Source: Balanoglossus misakiensis (lineage: Eukaryota > Animalia > Hemichordata). From it: a DNA stretch of 64,000 bases. The notes beneath the pieces are model-generated. The model worked only from the letters and a program-made list of their open reading frames with translations. It ran no database searches and was not told where the DNA came from. Shown piece by piece: positions 13,341 through 35,598 of this stretch. The stretch lies in the NCBI GenBank assembly GCA_040954595.2, contig CM082582.2, positions 7,442,063-7,506,062 of the forward strand. The letters are read 5' to 3'. Within the stretch, counting starts at the first letter, position 1. Each line of letters starts with the position of its first letter. Both the position numbers and the translations under genes were made by a program.

Positions 13341-15294
13341 AACAATCAAACGAGTGAAAAACTACTTCAATTAATATCTGTATGTTTGAGCTCATCAGTT
13401 AGCATGTTAAGTTGGGTGTTTCCAGACAGTTGTACTTTACAGTCCTATTGCACTTAATTTTAACTGAAGTGAATGAAACATGCATTTTTAATATAAACTT
13501 TTTTAATGCCCCAGAAACTCTCAATCAAATGTACAGTCAGTTTATTTTCCTTCACTTCCATTTCAACCAAGGAATTCAATCATGGTGTTAAAGGGTATTT
13601 TTTTATTCTTTGAAAAAGCAAAAGCGGGGAAGTGATCTTGTTAAAATTATTAGAAACTGCTGGAGTGTGGAAGTCTTCCAAGGTCAGGGGTCATTATTTA
13701 CAGCGTCATCGGTTGCCCCTAGTAACCGGGCATGTTGTCAAGGCATCAGTGGCTGACCTTCTCTCTCTCAAAAATAACCCCCACAAACAAAAAATCATGA
13801 ACTTTATGCAAATAACGTGTCTAGTGGAAATTCTTATTTGTAAAATCTCCTGAGATTGATAGCTATGGTAACTTCTGTCATTGTGCTGTGAATTGAATGG
13901 CTGCAATAAGTGCTATGTACTTGAAATGTATAATGGCCATCGGGTGCCTGTTTGTTTACGCAAACACTAGAGTTGTTTAGTGTTTATGTGATGACAGGCA
14001 TGAGTTATTGATACTAAAAGTGTATCTTTAGTTTGTTACATTTACAGGACGGCTGAAAGGGCACATGTGGTCGCTCCATGCCAGAACTGAAATATAGTAT
14101 TTTTATTTTTAATCACCGCTGGAGAGTATGTGGTGATCGATGTATGTTTAAAATGTCAAATTCACAGTGGTTTCATGTAAATATAACAGGCTAAATTAAG
14201 GCTGGCTGCTTCTTTTTTTGGTACCAGGGGATGTGTATATAACTGATAAGACGTCTCCATGGTACCAACAGAGGCTGCAGACATGCAGAGACAGACAGAC
14301 AGACAGGCAGGTACTGACAGAACACAAAGGGGAAGATCAGAGAACCAGAGAGATTTGTCCCATAAGTGCTAGGAATGCCTAACCAATTGAAGTCTCAATT
14401 CGTCCCCACACAAATTTTCAAGTTGGTTTTATGCACCAGAAAACTGAGAGCACTTTTACAATTGGTGCATATTTCCCTCAAGGAGAGAGATGAGTATTCA
14501 ATATGCATGATGTCACTTGGAAGTGTGTCTATTTATAGCTTGGGTGGTGACAATTATTGTCCTGACTCTGCTCTGGTGAAAGGAAATGTCTTTTACGTAA
14601 TAATAAAATTTTATGGCATTTATTATTATGTGTTTTTATTCTGCTAGACAGAGCAATTATTCCTCGTCTGTTAGTTGCCTTGAGCAAAATACGAGGAAAG
14701 ATCGGAGGCTTTGTTTTTTGAGGTGCAGTCTACATAAAGCGACAGGCTTGAAACCCCCCCCCCCCCCCAGAACTAGAACATTTACAATTGACTTGAGGTC
14801 CTCACTGCATTATTGACTGCGCAGACTGTTCTTTGATCTCAAAATAACATCGATGCACTGGGGTTTCTTAAATTAATAATAAGAATCAATGAAGCCTGGC
14901 AAATTTGACATGGCAGCTGCACAATGCTGACAGAGACCAAAATACACTGTAGCATTGATATAACTCTTGTTCAATACATGATAAATTTTCCGCACCCAAA
15001 TTTTTCAGACAAGAAATTGATTACTTTTGCAGACGGGATGTTTCTGTAATGGTCATTTCCCTGTGAGATTTTATTGATCGCCTGATCGGCCTGTACCTCA
15101 TAATAGCCTCCTGTCTGTTTTATTGATTCGTATACTGTGGTCTATTCAGTCATGTTTGCTGACATAGACATAAGTACACAGATACATCAATAAGGGGCAT
15201 TCTGTTTTGGCAGTGGCCGATCTCAATGATACAATGACTGCATGGAGATATTGTTGGGCTGCCCTCCTTGTATTGACCAACACCTGTGTCTGTC

Positions 15295-15318
15295 TGTGTG
15301 TGTGTGTGTGTGTGTGTG
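15295..15318. repeat. (GT)n microsatellite
   Basis: Visible dinucleotide tract. Confidence 0.9.
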
Positions 15319-16420
15319 TACCTGTGCCTTTGTGTGCCAGAGCTTCTTTGAGCACTCCATTGCATCCCAGGTAATGTCAGGGTAACATAACAAAATTATA
15401 GAATTACTGGATTGGAGTTTTGTCCTAGGACACTTAATGAATATATGTTTCAGCGTTTTTTCATCAAGCAGACACTGACTTTAGTTTTGGCAGAAAATGG
15501 TTGACATTACTTTTTCTGGAATTATAAACGCCACTTTCGACAAAAATCGATGTTTGCCGTTGGTGGCGCTGCTCTATGGACCAAGCTTGGATATGACGAG
15601 TGCGGGATGCTCTTGACTGGTCGCGTCGTGAGGCAGATTCGTCTGTATTTTACTTACGACAAAAACAAACAATATACAATATTTAATATATAACGCACAC
15701 AGACGATTTTAAAGACCAGTAGTACAGGTTTTATGTGTTGAATTATCCCGATACTGGATATAATTTAACTTCTAAATTGTCCAATGTCAGTAGACAACTG
15801 AAACTTCTCCTGCCCACCCAGGCCCCAGATCACCCAAGAGACTAAATTTACATCAGCGGCATGTGTCTACAGACAGTAAAGCTACTTCTTCCGAGTAGAA
15901 GGCCACTCAAAAACGATATCAAATCTCATGAGTTTTTTTCAAACAAAAGTTTTCTTTCGGATTATTGTATGACCGACCGAGTCAGTTTGATTCATTTAGT
16001 ATTCAAACCACCTAAACGCCTACACCCCAGTCCTGGTTGATATTTAAAACACGTACGACTGGTGATTGGCTAGAACAAAATAAGACAGGTGTTGTTGGAG
16101 ACTTTATAGAATACAGCTTGTTCATTCGCTTCGAAGACCTAGAGTGCTGCATACATGACATCACGACTGAGAAAATTTCACCGACTTGCACACCATGCGC
16201 TCGCCAACCCGTGAAGGATGACGGTTTTTCTTAGTCGTTATAGAGTCAAAATTAAATGCGTACCTGGCTGTCTTCATCAATTAAGCTGTCCTGCGTACAT
16301 GTACATGTAAACATAGACTGGAAAGTGGAGGGAATCAGTCAGGCGTAGGAAGAGTTGCATCTGACAACTATCTGGTTTACGTGCGTCCACCTCTGAAGTA
16401 TCAGAACCCAAATTCTTCCC

Positions 16421-18567
<2,147 letters not shown>

Positions 18568-21500
18568 CATTTTGGACCCCTTTTAATGGGTCACTTTTTA
18601 TCATAGGCTCTGCGTTTTGTTTTGTTTAATCACAGCATGAATACCACTGAGAAAAAGTGACTGGACTTAACATTGCTGGAAGACCTGTCTTTTTTTACTT
18701 TTATGAGAATTTATAGTCGCCTTGAATAAAGAAATCTGAGACAAAATGTCCTTTTCTTTTTTCACCTGTTGCCATATTAAAAAACACAAAAACGAAACTT
18801 TCTCCGCTGTGGTTGTCTTTTTGCGAGATTTGTTCAACTAACACTGGATGAAAATACCAGAACGCTTCACAGAAGTCACAAAGTCGCATCATCACAAATG
18901 ATGGCCACATACCACGCGCACATTTCATAAACTCATAAAGCCATTACTTGTATCAAATAGCGTTTATTTATGACAGTTAACATAAACCAACTTTGAAGAT
19001 CTAACAATGTTGAGCTAATCACTGGTGTCTACTCTGCTAGCCTCTTTGACTGCTTGTAGCTCGGATTGGCCGAATACCAGGTGGTATATGCGAAATCTCT
19101 GGGCAACAAGCAGGGTAAGAGGCTCACAGAATACATCCTATCCCACACCAAAAGAGGAAAAATTAATGTACAACAGTTATTTACACACAAACATGAAAAA
19201 GTCATCACAATTCAATAAAATGAGATCAGCATCATCAAGAGCAGTTCTTTAAAATAGTCTCATTCATAAAGTTACATATTATATAGACCAGATAGCTCTT
19301 TAACAGTTCCAATACTGACATCTCGTTTAAGAAATCAAGGTAAAAGTTACAAGACTTGATTGATCACAAATCTAAGAGAAATGGGTACAAGAAGGCAGGA
19401 CCAAACTGATATATGTCAAGTGAACGACCATATTATTTTATTCATCTTCCAACAGGGAAGAGTCCCCCTCCCCTCCCCCAGTAAGGGAGAACAGAAGAGA
19501 AGAGAACAGCCTTACTCACGGCCTATACAGTTCTAACATTGCACGGTCGAAAAAACTTGCTAAGTTGATATTGCTGGAAACTGGTCGAGCTGTGACAACA
19601 CCAATTTGGTCCTACCCCGCTGTACCTGTGCAGTATACAGTAAGAGGTATCACGGTTTCTTCCACTTGGGGTGTTTATTGCATGGAGGAGCTTCTCTTAG
19701 AGTTACAGACCGCTGAGAGTGGGTAGATTGTACTTGCCTTGTCTGAAACAACACAAAAAAAGAATCGCCAACAGAAAATCAGTGTGACATACTCTGATTT
19801 TGGGGTGAAAGGTCAGTAATGAGTCAGTGTTCTCTCCAATAATTCCTCAGACAGCATCACCTTATTGCAATAAATGATAATGAGGTTCTATTGTTTCACC
19901 CAAATTAAAGGGTATCAGCTGATACTCTTTAATTGTTCTTGGGAGAACACTAACAACAGAAGTTACAAGACTACTACAATTTCTGGTTTCTTATATTATT
20001 GGGGAAAAAACAACCAGATCAATAATCCAACTCATCCCAGCATCATCATATACGGTAAGTATTGTTCAAACAACTTTTGCATCTGGCAACCTAACTACCT
20101 GTAAAATAACAACGCAAATGTGAAAACGCAGTGGGGAAAAAAGTGGAGTGTGCTTTGGCAGAAATGTCAACCTTTTTGAGGATCCTCTTGATCAGCCGGC
20201 AGCTCGGAATCAGCGTCCAGATATCACCTAGTTATAAAGACAAGCAGACAGGAGACAGGTGTCTAGTACCACTCAATATATTCAGCCACACGTCTATCGG
20301 TTTGGCTTATGTTACAAGGGACTGAGAGAATTTGCAGGTGAAGTTACTCTAACGACTTTAATCTTTTGATTTGCTCTGAGTGCAGATTTTATGCTTAATG
20401 CCAAGTTTCTTCATCAAATACTGGTGAGTTAGACACGGAACTTGATGAAACGTCCTATGAAAATTCTGAAAGGATTTAATACCCTTCACCCACAAATTCA
20501 ATTGAAATTATCAACTTCAAACGTACTCGAATTTGGCGTGAAGTCTAGTCAATTTAGTAAGTAAGGTTTGCTATAGAGAAATCTTTGAGAAAAGGTTTGA
20601 TTTCGTTAAAATTGTTCATGTTGCTATCAAAAAATCTTTGATAAGTGAAATACTTAGCTTTTCTTGAGAAGGGTAAACAAATGTATGTTTTACAGGTTAT
20701 GTTAGTAACTGACTTTACCATGGGAACTGTCAGAATTTTTTGTTAGAAATTCAAAGATACACACACATAAAAAATGTACAACCGCTTTTACGTGCACAAT
20801 AAGCCCACATTTTCCATGGGGGAAATATATTTCTGTTCTTGTCACGTTTTTTTTGTCAACATAACATACCACAACACCATTGGGTAAACTAGCACACGGC
20901 TAGTGTCAGCATCATGTGGCAGCCTGAGTGACAACCTGGCGCTGTTTACGCACATCTCCGACCAAGAAAGAAAAAGCATAGCGTAATGGTTAATGTCCAA
21001 TCTACCGACACAGCAGCAGAGCAAACCCCCCATATTTACAAACACACACAGCTACACACCCCAGGTCCTCACCATCAAAAAAATAAAAATAATCCCACCA
21101 ATAATCTTCAAAACTGACAATTACTATAATCCATTTTTTTATTGTAACCGAGATCTGAATTAGATTGGACACGTACACTACAATCACTAGGTGAAATTAA
21201 AAAATAAAATAACACTGTAACTATATGATTGATCAATTATTGAATATTTTCTCGGAAAAACCAGAACAGTGATGACTATCAAACTGCTACTAAACTAAAG
21301 GCTCTCACACAAGCATATATAATCAAAAGAAAAAAAAATTACATTGGCAATTTTGATACACCTCTGATAAAAAAAAGACTTCATATCGAATGAACAGATC
21401 ACCCGGGCCCCTATGGTTACCTGTTCCCATCACATATCACGTTTTGGAAAGGGCCATATAACATGATCTACGCTCTATGCTGACAGTATGTATTTAGCAG

Positions 21501-22060
21501 TGGTAAGGGGAAAAAAATAAGACTCATCTAAATAAGTACAACACTTACCCGTTGGGAATGTCACTAGAATCGAGAAACAGCTCGAGGAGGTCAAATCGTG
21601 ATTAGGAAATACACAGTAAGAAAATTTGAAATCTAAAAATTCCTCGACAATGAGGAAAATGTGTCTTCGTCACAATCCAGTGCATTTCATAATAAGGCAG
21701 CTTCAGTTCGTACTTTGTTCTGCACGCATACAAAGCTGTCACAAAAAACTCGGAAATGAAACTATTTGATATGGACTGTACCTGACACATATCTTGTAAT
21801 TTGATGGTCTTATCACAAGAGTGGTTTCATAGTCTCTAGCCGGATTCGCAACACTCCCCATCGACTGCCAACTAGCTTTGGCACCCTAGTGGTCACAAAA
21901 TAAAAACAGTCATTTAATCCAGTGGAACTAAAGCTCTCTTTCTCTCTTCACATCATATAGCGGTTTTCTCATCCTTTTGCATGGGGGAAAAAATCATGAA
22001 TAATATTTACACAGTTAACGTAAAGACAACAAAATCTCAGTCTTTCATGTTCGTGTGTGT

Positions 22061-28302
<6,242 letters not shown>

Positions 28303-29385
28303 TTTGTATATGTACTGTGTCGTAGTCGCGAAAACCCATGATGCATTGGGCAGTAAGAGGGCGCTGTTCGGAGTGGCGAAAGGAGAAAAACAACAGTCAT
28401 CAGCAAAAACATGAATGAGATCTTACTGTTCCTTGTCAGATTTTTCCATGATGCCATTTGCAGTAATCTTTACCTTTACTATCTTCTTCGAAAAGCATTC
28501 TGTAGTCTCACAATGAAGAGAAGTTTCCAAAGCTGATCCACACTATACAAAAATGGACACACATCAACAATTTTTCCCATAAACTATTTTATTCAATAAA
28601 TTTGTTTGTTTTTAAGTCATTCTTTTTTTTATTTTAAATACACTTTATCATTTTGACAGACACACTCCTGGCAATACATTCAGATAGCAACGCCCATGGC
28701 ACAGGATTTCAATACTGTGTTGACAAGTGCTGCTCCATAATAGTATCATGACATGAGGTGTTGCAGAATTTTCTTGAAATGTCTTCACCAAAGTTCCTAT
28801 CTTGTGTATTGTTAGTTTACAGATGCGTTGGCATGTACACAAAATGAAAGGTCGTAATTTCTTATGTGGGACCACTTTAGCTCAGGATAATAAACATGTT
28901 ACAGGTCAGCCACATTGCCAAATACCGGTAGTTAAAACGCAGTATAGTATTGAGCCTTTTTCCCCACTTCAGGCTATTTCAACATCTTCGCATGGCTCAT
29001 ATTTAGAATGTGACGTACTTTGGCTCAGCTCGGGTATTTTTCAAAACAGAAGTTAAATTCCCAACTTCTCTCCAAGTTTATAAAGACACCTGACAATTCA
29101 AGGAAGCCTTGAAACAACACACCATTGTTTGACGCAGCCACTTTATCATCTTACGTTTGCCTTATTCATTGTAAGCACAAGCAAACACACAGGCCATGCA
29201 CCAAAGAACACGAACCCCGATACAATTTAATACTGCCACGCTAAAATTCCTTCGACACAACCCACCTCTCATTTTTTAACCCTCTCAGTTACAAAAATAA
29301 GTTACAAAAAAACAACAACAACAACGAAATGCTGTAAAGATACTGTCGAACGCCAGTACTGTCTGTCGTCTCAAAAATTCCAAAC

Positions 29386-32300
29386 TCAATCTTTGGTGTC
29401 GGTCGACATGCTGGGGGATTCAAGAAACTCCCTAAGTTCTCGGTCAATTTCGGCTATGCTGGCTTCCTCCTCGGCACTCATGTGGGACGGCGTGTTTGCC
29501 GGTGATGCCAGTATGTCTGTGATGTCGATCTCCGGGGGTGTACTCTGGGGTTCTTCCGGCACACTGATTCCCATGGCATTCCGTACGGCCTGCGAGGATA
29601 CCACTGCTCCTGGTTCAGTCTGGGGCAAAAATGAACAGAAAGTACATGATTATATTTTTCTTTAAATGTTGGTTTAGACTCCAGCTTTCAGTCTGTGTTC
29701 ATCCACACTTATTACACAAACCTAATGTGCATATTTTTTTGGGGGGGGGGTGTAACAACTACCACACATTTACCTGTGACGTAAGCTCTTTAAGTTGCTG
29801 TGTAAGTTTTTCCGCTATTTCACATTCCTTATCGGATGGTCCCGGGGCGTACTGTAAATTTGCCGGTGGTTTTTTACTCAGTCGATCAAGTTGAGATTTT
29901 TCAAGATCTTTGATCATGTCACCAGTTTGGTTCAACTTGTCTTGGATGTTGCCATCTTCGGACGCCAAATTTTCTTTGTTCAGTTCTTTCTCTGTTGAAA
30001 GGAATAAAATAAAATAAAATTTCTCATTCACATAGGGAGAAATTTGTGTCAACCATCACAGAGGATATTTTAGCTAGCCATGTAAGAGCAAAATGTTGTT
30101 GACAGACAGAACCATCATACTGATAAAAACCTAGCCAAATATTACAGTTCCTGTATCTCTAAATATTAGTTATTGTCGCTACTAAGTAAGGCCATTGCTA
30201 TTCTCACCCATGGCTGGTAGAAACGACATATCGATGCCAATGTCAGACAACGATCTCAAGGCTTCGAAGTCGATCTCGGGGAGTGGTTCCATTGCGTGGC
30301 TCTCCTCCTCTTCCTTCACGTGAATGACCTCATTCGTATTTGTGTTGCAGCTGCCGCTGTTTTCTGGACAGGAGGATTCCTTGGTGGCCGGCTCCTCTTT
30401 TATTGACAATTTATCGGCCTGTGAAGTGAGTGGGAGAAGACTGTTGGTTCATGCTAAAACTTGTCTGAATTGGTGTTGTTGAGGAAGTCCAACATTTTAA
30501 AGCCCCAGTAACTCCAACTGTGGGCTATCGTCTTAGTATTTTAGTTTTAGGTATCAACTGTGGTTTCATTTTATAATTATTTTACTGCAGTGGTTTAAAA
30601 TTCCATGACTTTCTAGGAATGTACAAAAGCTACTTTGTCATTAACCTTCACAAACTCAGAGCTAAAAGTTCAATCAAAACCTCACCGTTTTGTTAGAATC
30701 TGCAGTAATGTCTTTATTTTCTTTATCATCCGATGGATCATCTTTCTTTCTTTCTGCTTCTCGTATCTTCCTCTCTTCCTCCTCTTGTCTCTACAAAAAT
30801 ACAAAAAAATACTTATCAGACCTCGCTGTCTGAGAATTGAGGGGTCAAGACCCAGACATGGTCACGATTTTTCTACCCTTGAGCAAGGCACTTTTCTTCT
30901 CATTGCTTCTCCCTAACCCAGGTGTGGTGGGTGGACTACCTCGTTCTGTAATTGGGATCGTTGGATGACGGATAAAATACAATAAAAAGAATGTCTTACC
31001 TCCTGGAGGACTCTCATTGTCTTAGAATGTTCGCCACTAGTTAACGTGTCTAACAATCCATTGGCTAGCTTGATGGCGTAGTCACCGGTGTCCTTGACGA
31101 ACGACTGTAAACTGATGATGTAGGAATGGTACAAAGGATGAGATTTTTTTCATAAATGCCATGAACATTCACTTTCAAGAACATATATCTGAGTGTGGTT
31201 TTTTTCTTTGTACAAAGTCCCCCCAATGCATAATTATGTACACAACCCTACGAGACCAAATGTCTGAAATACGAATGCAATTCACCAGTTTCCATTTCTA
31301 CCTTATTACACTAGTGTTGATTAGGGCAACATTGTACGCACCTTTTAGCATACTGAATTCCCGTCTCGTCTTTGTAGGTGGAAAATAACAAATCCGAATC
31401 TTCTTTACTGATTGTAGCAAAACTGGAATCATATGTCGGGGCGTGTGAGCCAAAGGGTCCATACATCAAATAGGATACTGAGGGAAAAAAACGAAATCAA
31501 GCGGGTTAAAATACAATGGTCTGATGTGACTTTATTATGTCTTCCATTAAATTTTATAATTCAAGCAGTGATAGCAAATGTAAACCATTTTATTAACTTA
31601 CGATTGCACAGTGAAATAAAAGAGTAAATCACCTGGATTAACTTTGTTCCTCTTGTCTTCCCTAAAACCGGCTATTGAACTAGAGCCTGCGGTAAGTTTT
31701 CCGACTAGCGCGCCCAGATTGACCGGATGCACCTCTTCACCAGACTCGATGCCGGAGTCTGGGTTCACGACAGCCAGGGTTGTGGTGCCATCTTTGTCTC
31801 GTCTTAAGAAACCAATCTGGTGACGGTAAAGACACAAATTGATTCAGGTTGTTTCAACGATTTAACGTTTACTTAGGAGGAGCTGATTGAAGTACGATCC
31901 GCCTACATCATTTATGAACAACATAATCTGCCTGCCACTTACTTTACTGTTCGGACATCTTCTTGATAACTTATCCTTTGCGTACTGTGCTGCATATGTG
32001 GCCTGTTCTAGGATTTCGTCCGCAGTCAGACCGTCATCGCCCTCCTCCATCTCTTCTATGGCCTCAATCTCGTCTTCCACAGAAACCGGTCTCACTTCTA
32101 GTTCCTCGTATCTACAAAATAATTTCAGAGATTGCTTATATGTATTCCTACTTTTGAAACATAGTTCTATTAGACAAAATTGTCTCATACACGCACTGCA
32201 CATGCAAAACAGGTATGGATGGGGTGTTTGACTGCTTGTGCACCAGGATGTGCATGATTGACCTATGCTGTTCCCATAGAGTTTTTGGAATTTTGGAATT

Positions 32301-34868
32301 TCAGTTTAGATGGAATACCACTCCAGTACCAAATGTCAGCTTTACTACAAAATGCGGCATACTTCTAACTCTGAGGCACATCTGCCGTGAAAACACCCAC
32401 CTCTCTTTGTGCACTTTTTTCTTCTTTGGTTTCGGCTCAACTTCTTCACTTTCAATGACATCAACGTCTCCTGAGCTGTCCTCCATCATCTCTTCTTTCC
32501 TGTGTTTCTTCGGTTTCGCCTGCAAGTCAAGATCTTCCACGTCGAAGCCCACGGCTCGCTTCAAGGAGTTTAACCGCTCCTGCATGGTGAAGGAACACAT
32601 AACGTGTCATGATATCATCGTTTTTGAGAGCAAGTATATAAAGACAGATAGCTTATATACAGACGACACATTCAGGTTTTCATCTCTTATAGTACAAAGG
32701 TTTGAATTTTACATCTTGAAATGCATGTTTCAGGGACTCCCTATGAATGATCACTAACATGATCCTAGCGAATTCTTGCATCAATTCCAATTTCACTTAC
32801 TTTACTCATAATTTTGTAGCCATAACTGAGCAGCTTCTTTGCGGCCTTGAAATAAACCGTCTCTGGTCTGTTGTAGAGCATGGCATTCTCACACATCTGT
32901 CTGAGATCAGTCTGAAAGAAAAGAATGGCCCACAATACTATTTCGTAAAAGAAAGACACAATTCTCTCAATATCACAGAAGATGTATTTTGAAGATTTAA
33001 AACTGTTTGGGATGGAGAGAGTTGTTGGCTTGACGAGACAACAGCAAAAAAATCTAGGCCATGGGATTGCAGTATTCTCAGATATCACCAAGAAGTAAAA
33101 ATTACACTCGGCAAATCAAAAGACAAAGGTGATAACCCTCTCTACATCAATCCCAGAATGAGTATCTCACCTTATAGTCATCAACGTTGTGATATTCGCA
33201 GGTGTCAACCTTATGCTGCATTGTACTGAAGTCCATGGGGTTTTGTATAATACTGGAGTAGCCGGGAGCGATCATGTCGGTCACCGGCCAGGCGAAGAAT
33301 TGGTTGGGGTCCTTCCGCTGCAATTGCCTCTGCAAGATTTCTAGTAGTTTCCTCAAGGGAGTTTCTGGATCTGAAAATAAATGCAATGATCAGTCAAGAC
33401 TCTATTACAGCATGGGCACTTGTGTTTTGTTTCGAATATCTACAACAACCACAAATAGGAGTGTAGCTGTGTTGATCTTAATATAAATGTAGACTATTGG
33501 TTTGATAGCACTCTTAACATCAGTTGATCTCAGAGTGCTATCAAACCTTAGTTTATATGACAACCAACCACACACGGTCAAAACACAGCCACTGGTCACA
33601 TTTCTGTTTACCTCGTTCCCTGTCCCTGCACGTTCTTGCTGGCTGTAGCCTTCTCTCCGGTAGTGACAATGAAAGTGGAGGAATAAAACTTGGTGTCTTT
33701 GTGACGAGCGGTGGAGGCGGTGGCAGTGGTGCTGGGGGTGGTGGTAACATTTCCTCGACTTCATAATCTCCATCCAACTCCCTTTCACGTTTCCTGCTGG
33801 ATTTGTCCTGTGGAATACAGGAGACAAACAAATTGATCACCTGTCTGTGCCCACATCACTTGATATTAGTGATCAGTATTTCACTATGATATCACCAACC
33901 TTTTTATCATGGTGTCTGTGTTTTTCATGTGATTTCTTTTTCTTCTTCTTCTTTGAACTTTTGTGGTGGTGCTCTTTCACGGTGTTTTCATAAAACGGTT
34001 CGTCAAACTTGTCACCAGAAAAGTCAATGTCGCGATCCTGACCTGCCCCACCCACTTTTAACACCAATTTCAAGGGTTTCTCTGTTGGGAAAGAAATAAC
34101 AATAGGTAAACTCAACAATTATTCATTTTTAGATAGTGTGTTTAAACAATTACAAAGAATGAATCCCTTGAAGGGTGGGGCATGTATTCGTCATCAAAGG
34201 ACTGCAGCATGCCGATGCACCCTGTTTTAGGGAATTTCACACATGACTCCACCTCTATTTCCTTATTTAGAATGCGATGATGTCATTTGGTTTACACATT
34301 GTTACATTGAGTGACCAATTAGCTTACACACAAGATTTACCACCCGTGTCGTTCTGCGCACAGAATTCGGTGCGTAAATAGAGACTGTCACCGGGCGTTC
34401 CTTTTCCCCTACTACGCCCTGGTTCCCGGGCTAAGTTTTACTATGTAAGATAATAAAGCTGACAGCGATCACCCCTTGACCATCGCAAGATGCGTAAGCG
34501 TGTACTCGCTATTCCCGGAAACGCTATCACTAGCTGTACACTACAGTCTACTGTGTACACGTGAAATCAGCAAGCTGATCACTGATCAATAACAGAGGTC
34601 AGCCACAACAACATGCAGCACTGAACTACAAGTTTCCTCGTGTCAATATATTTTGATATTGTTCACATACAGGTGTACAATCGGCATCGTACGCCGACAA
34701 GGGCTGTGTGGACGTGGGGTGGGTTATAGAATAGGCCCACCCACATACAACCACGTACAAGCAATGTACAGTACACTGTATACAGACGATAACAAAGAAA
34801 ACCCGAACTCACTAACCTTCATGAGATCTTTTGTCTGACTTATGATGTTTCTTGTGTTTCTTTCCCAT
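29386..34868 (-). CDS. BRD7/9: Bromodomain-containing protein 7/9 (pro-ortholog of vertebrate BRD7 and BRD9)
   Basis: 14 exons: 34868-34817, 34081-33900, 33807-33612, 33370-33171, 32911-32801, 32579-32401, 32111-31943, 31816-31633, 31477-31342, 31111-31000, 30790-30686, 30418-30208, 29991-29774, 29619-29386. MGKKHKKH start, EKPLKLVLKVGG, bromodomain LQRKDPNQFFAWPVTDMIAPGYSSIIQNPMDF...CENAMLYNRPETVYFKAAKKL, and DUF3512 segment YLMYGPFGSHAPTYDSSFA. AATAAA on minus strand at 28588-28593. Confidence 0.95.
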
Positions 34869-35598
34869 TTCTGTGTCGTGGCAGTACTATAACACAACCT
34901 TGACAAATCAAAAAAATGTTCGAAAGACAGAGGCAAGTAAGATTTCGGGCGAAAATGAAGAAGACGCCTTCTACACCCAGACTTCTATGTAAGTCGCCAT
35001 TTTTTTCACGTTGGCCATTCAAAATACTCCTTTGTTACTCTCAATGGTGTCTGAAGGTTTACAACCCCTTTTATCAGAGTCTATGTGTCAATTGAAAAAA
35101 GTCTAGCATTTAAGTACGAAATTCACAAAGGAAAACAACAAACGTAACATAAACTTAAAAATATGATGACTAAAACCCGACAAAATGGCATTTACCCAGG
35201 TACAAGAGACAAGAGAAATGGGAATTATTACACAGTTTAACGTAAATTTATTCTGTCTTGCCTTACCCACAATTCAACACGTCACTTATATTATGGCGGA
35301 CATTTCAAAATGTTGATCAGCCGCTGCCGTCAAACATAAACCGTGATCATGTCTGCTGTTTCTTGATATGTGTACGATCTCAATAGTCTGGGCGTAGAGA
35401 AAGATACCGTTGTGTCAAGTGAAGGTAACAGAAGTCATATCGTGTTCAAGTTGAAGTTTTAAATTAAGTTATTGACACAGGCCTGCGCTGAAGTGAACTT
35501 CCTGTATCCATTGACGACAGGTCAGCCGGGATATTTGCATGATTCCTTGTTAGGACAATACCATTAAAGACATAATTACCTAGTCATTTACTTCTTCG
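34869..35598. promoter_or_regulatory. Probable bidirectional promoter and 5'UTRs of BRD7/9 and TRIP13
   Basis: Divergent ATGs 730 bp apart. Outward-facing YY1-like ATGGCG motifs at about 34994-35003 (minus) and 35293-35299 (plus). Confidence 0.7.

Noticed and set aside
19914-21368. C/D box snoRNA-like motif pairs (minus about 20049-19915; plus about 21269-21367)
   Set aside because: Terminal stems are weak and I recognise no rRNA or snRNA guide complementarity; a snoscan run would be needed.
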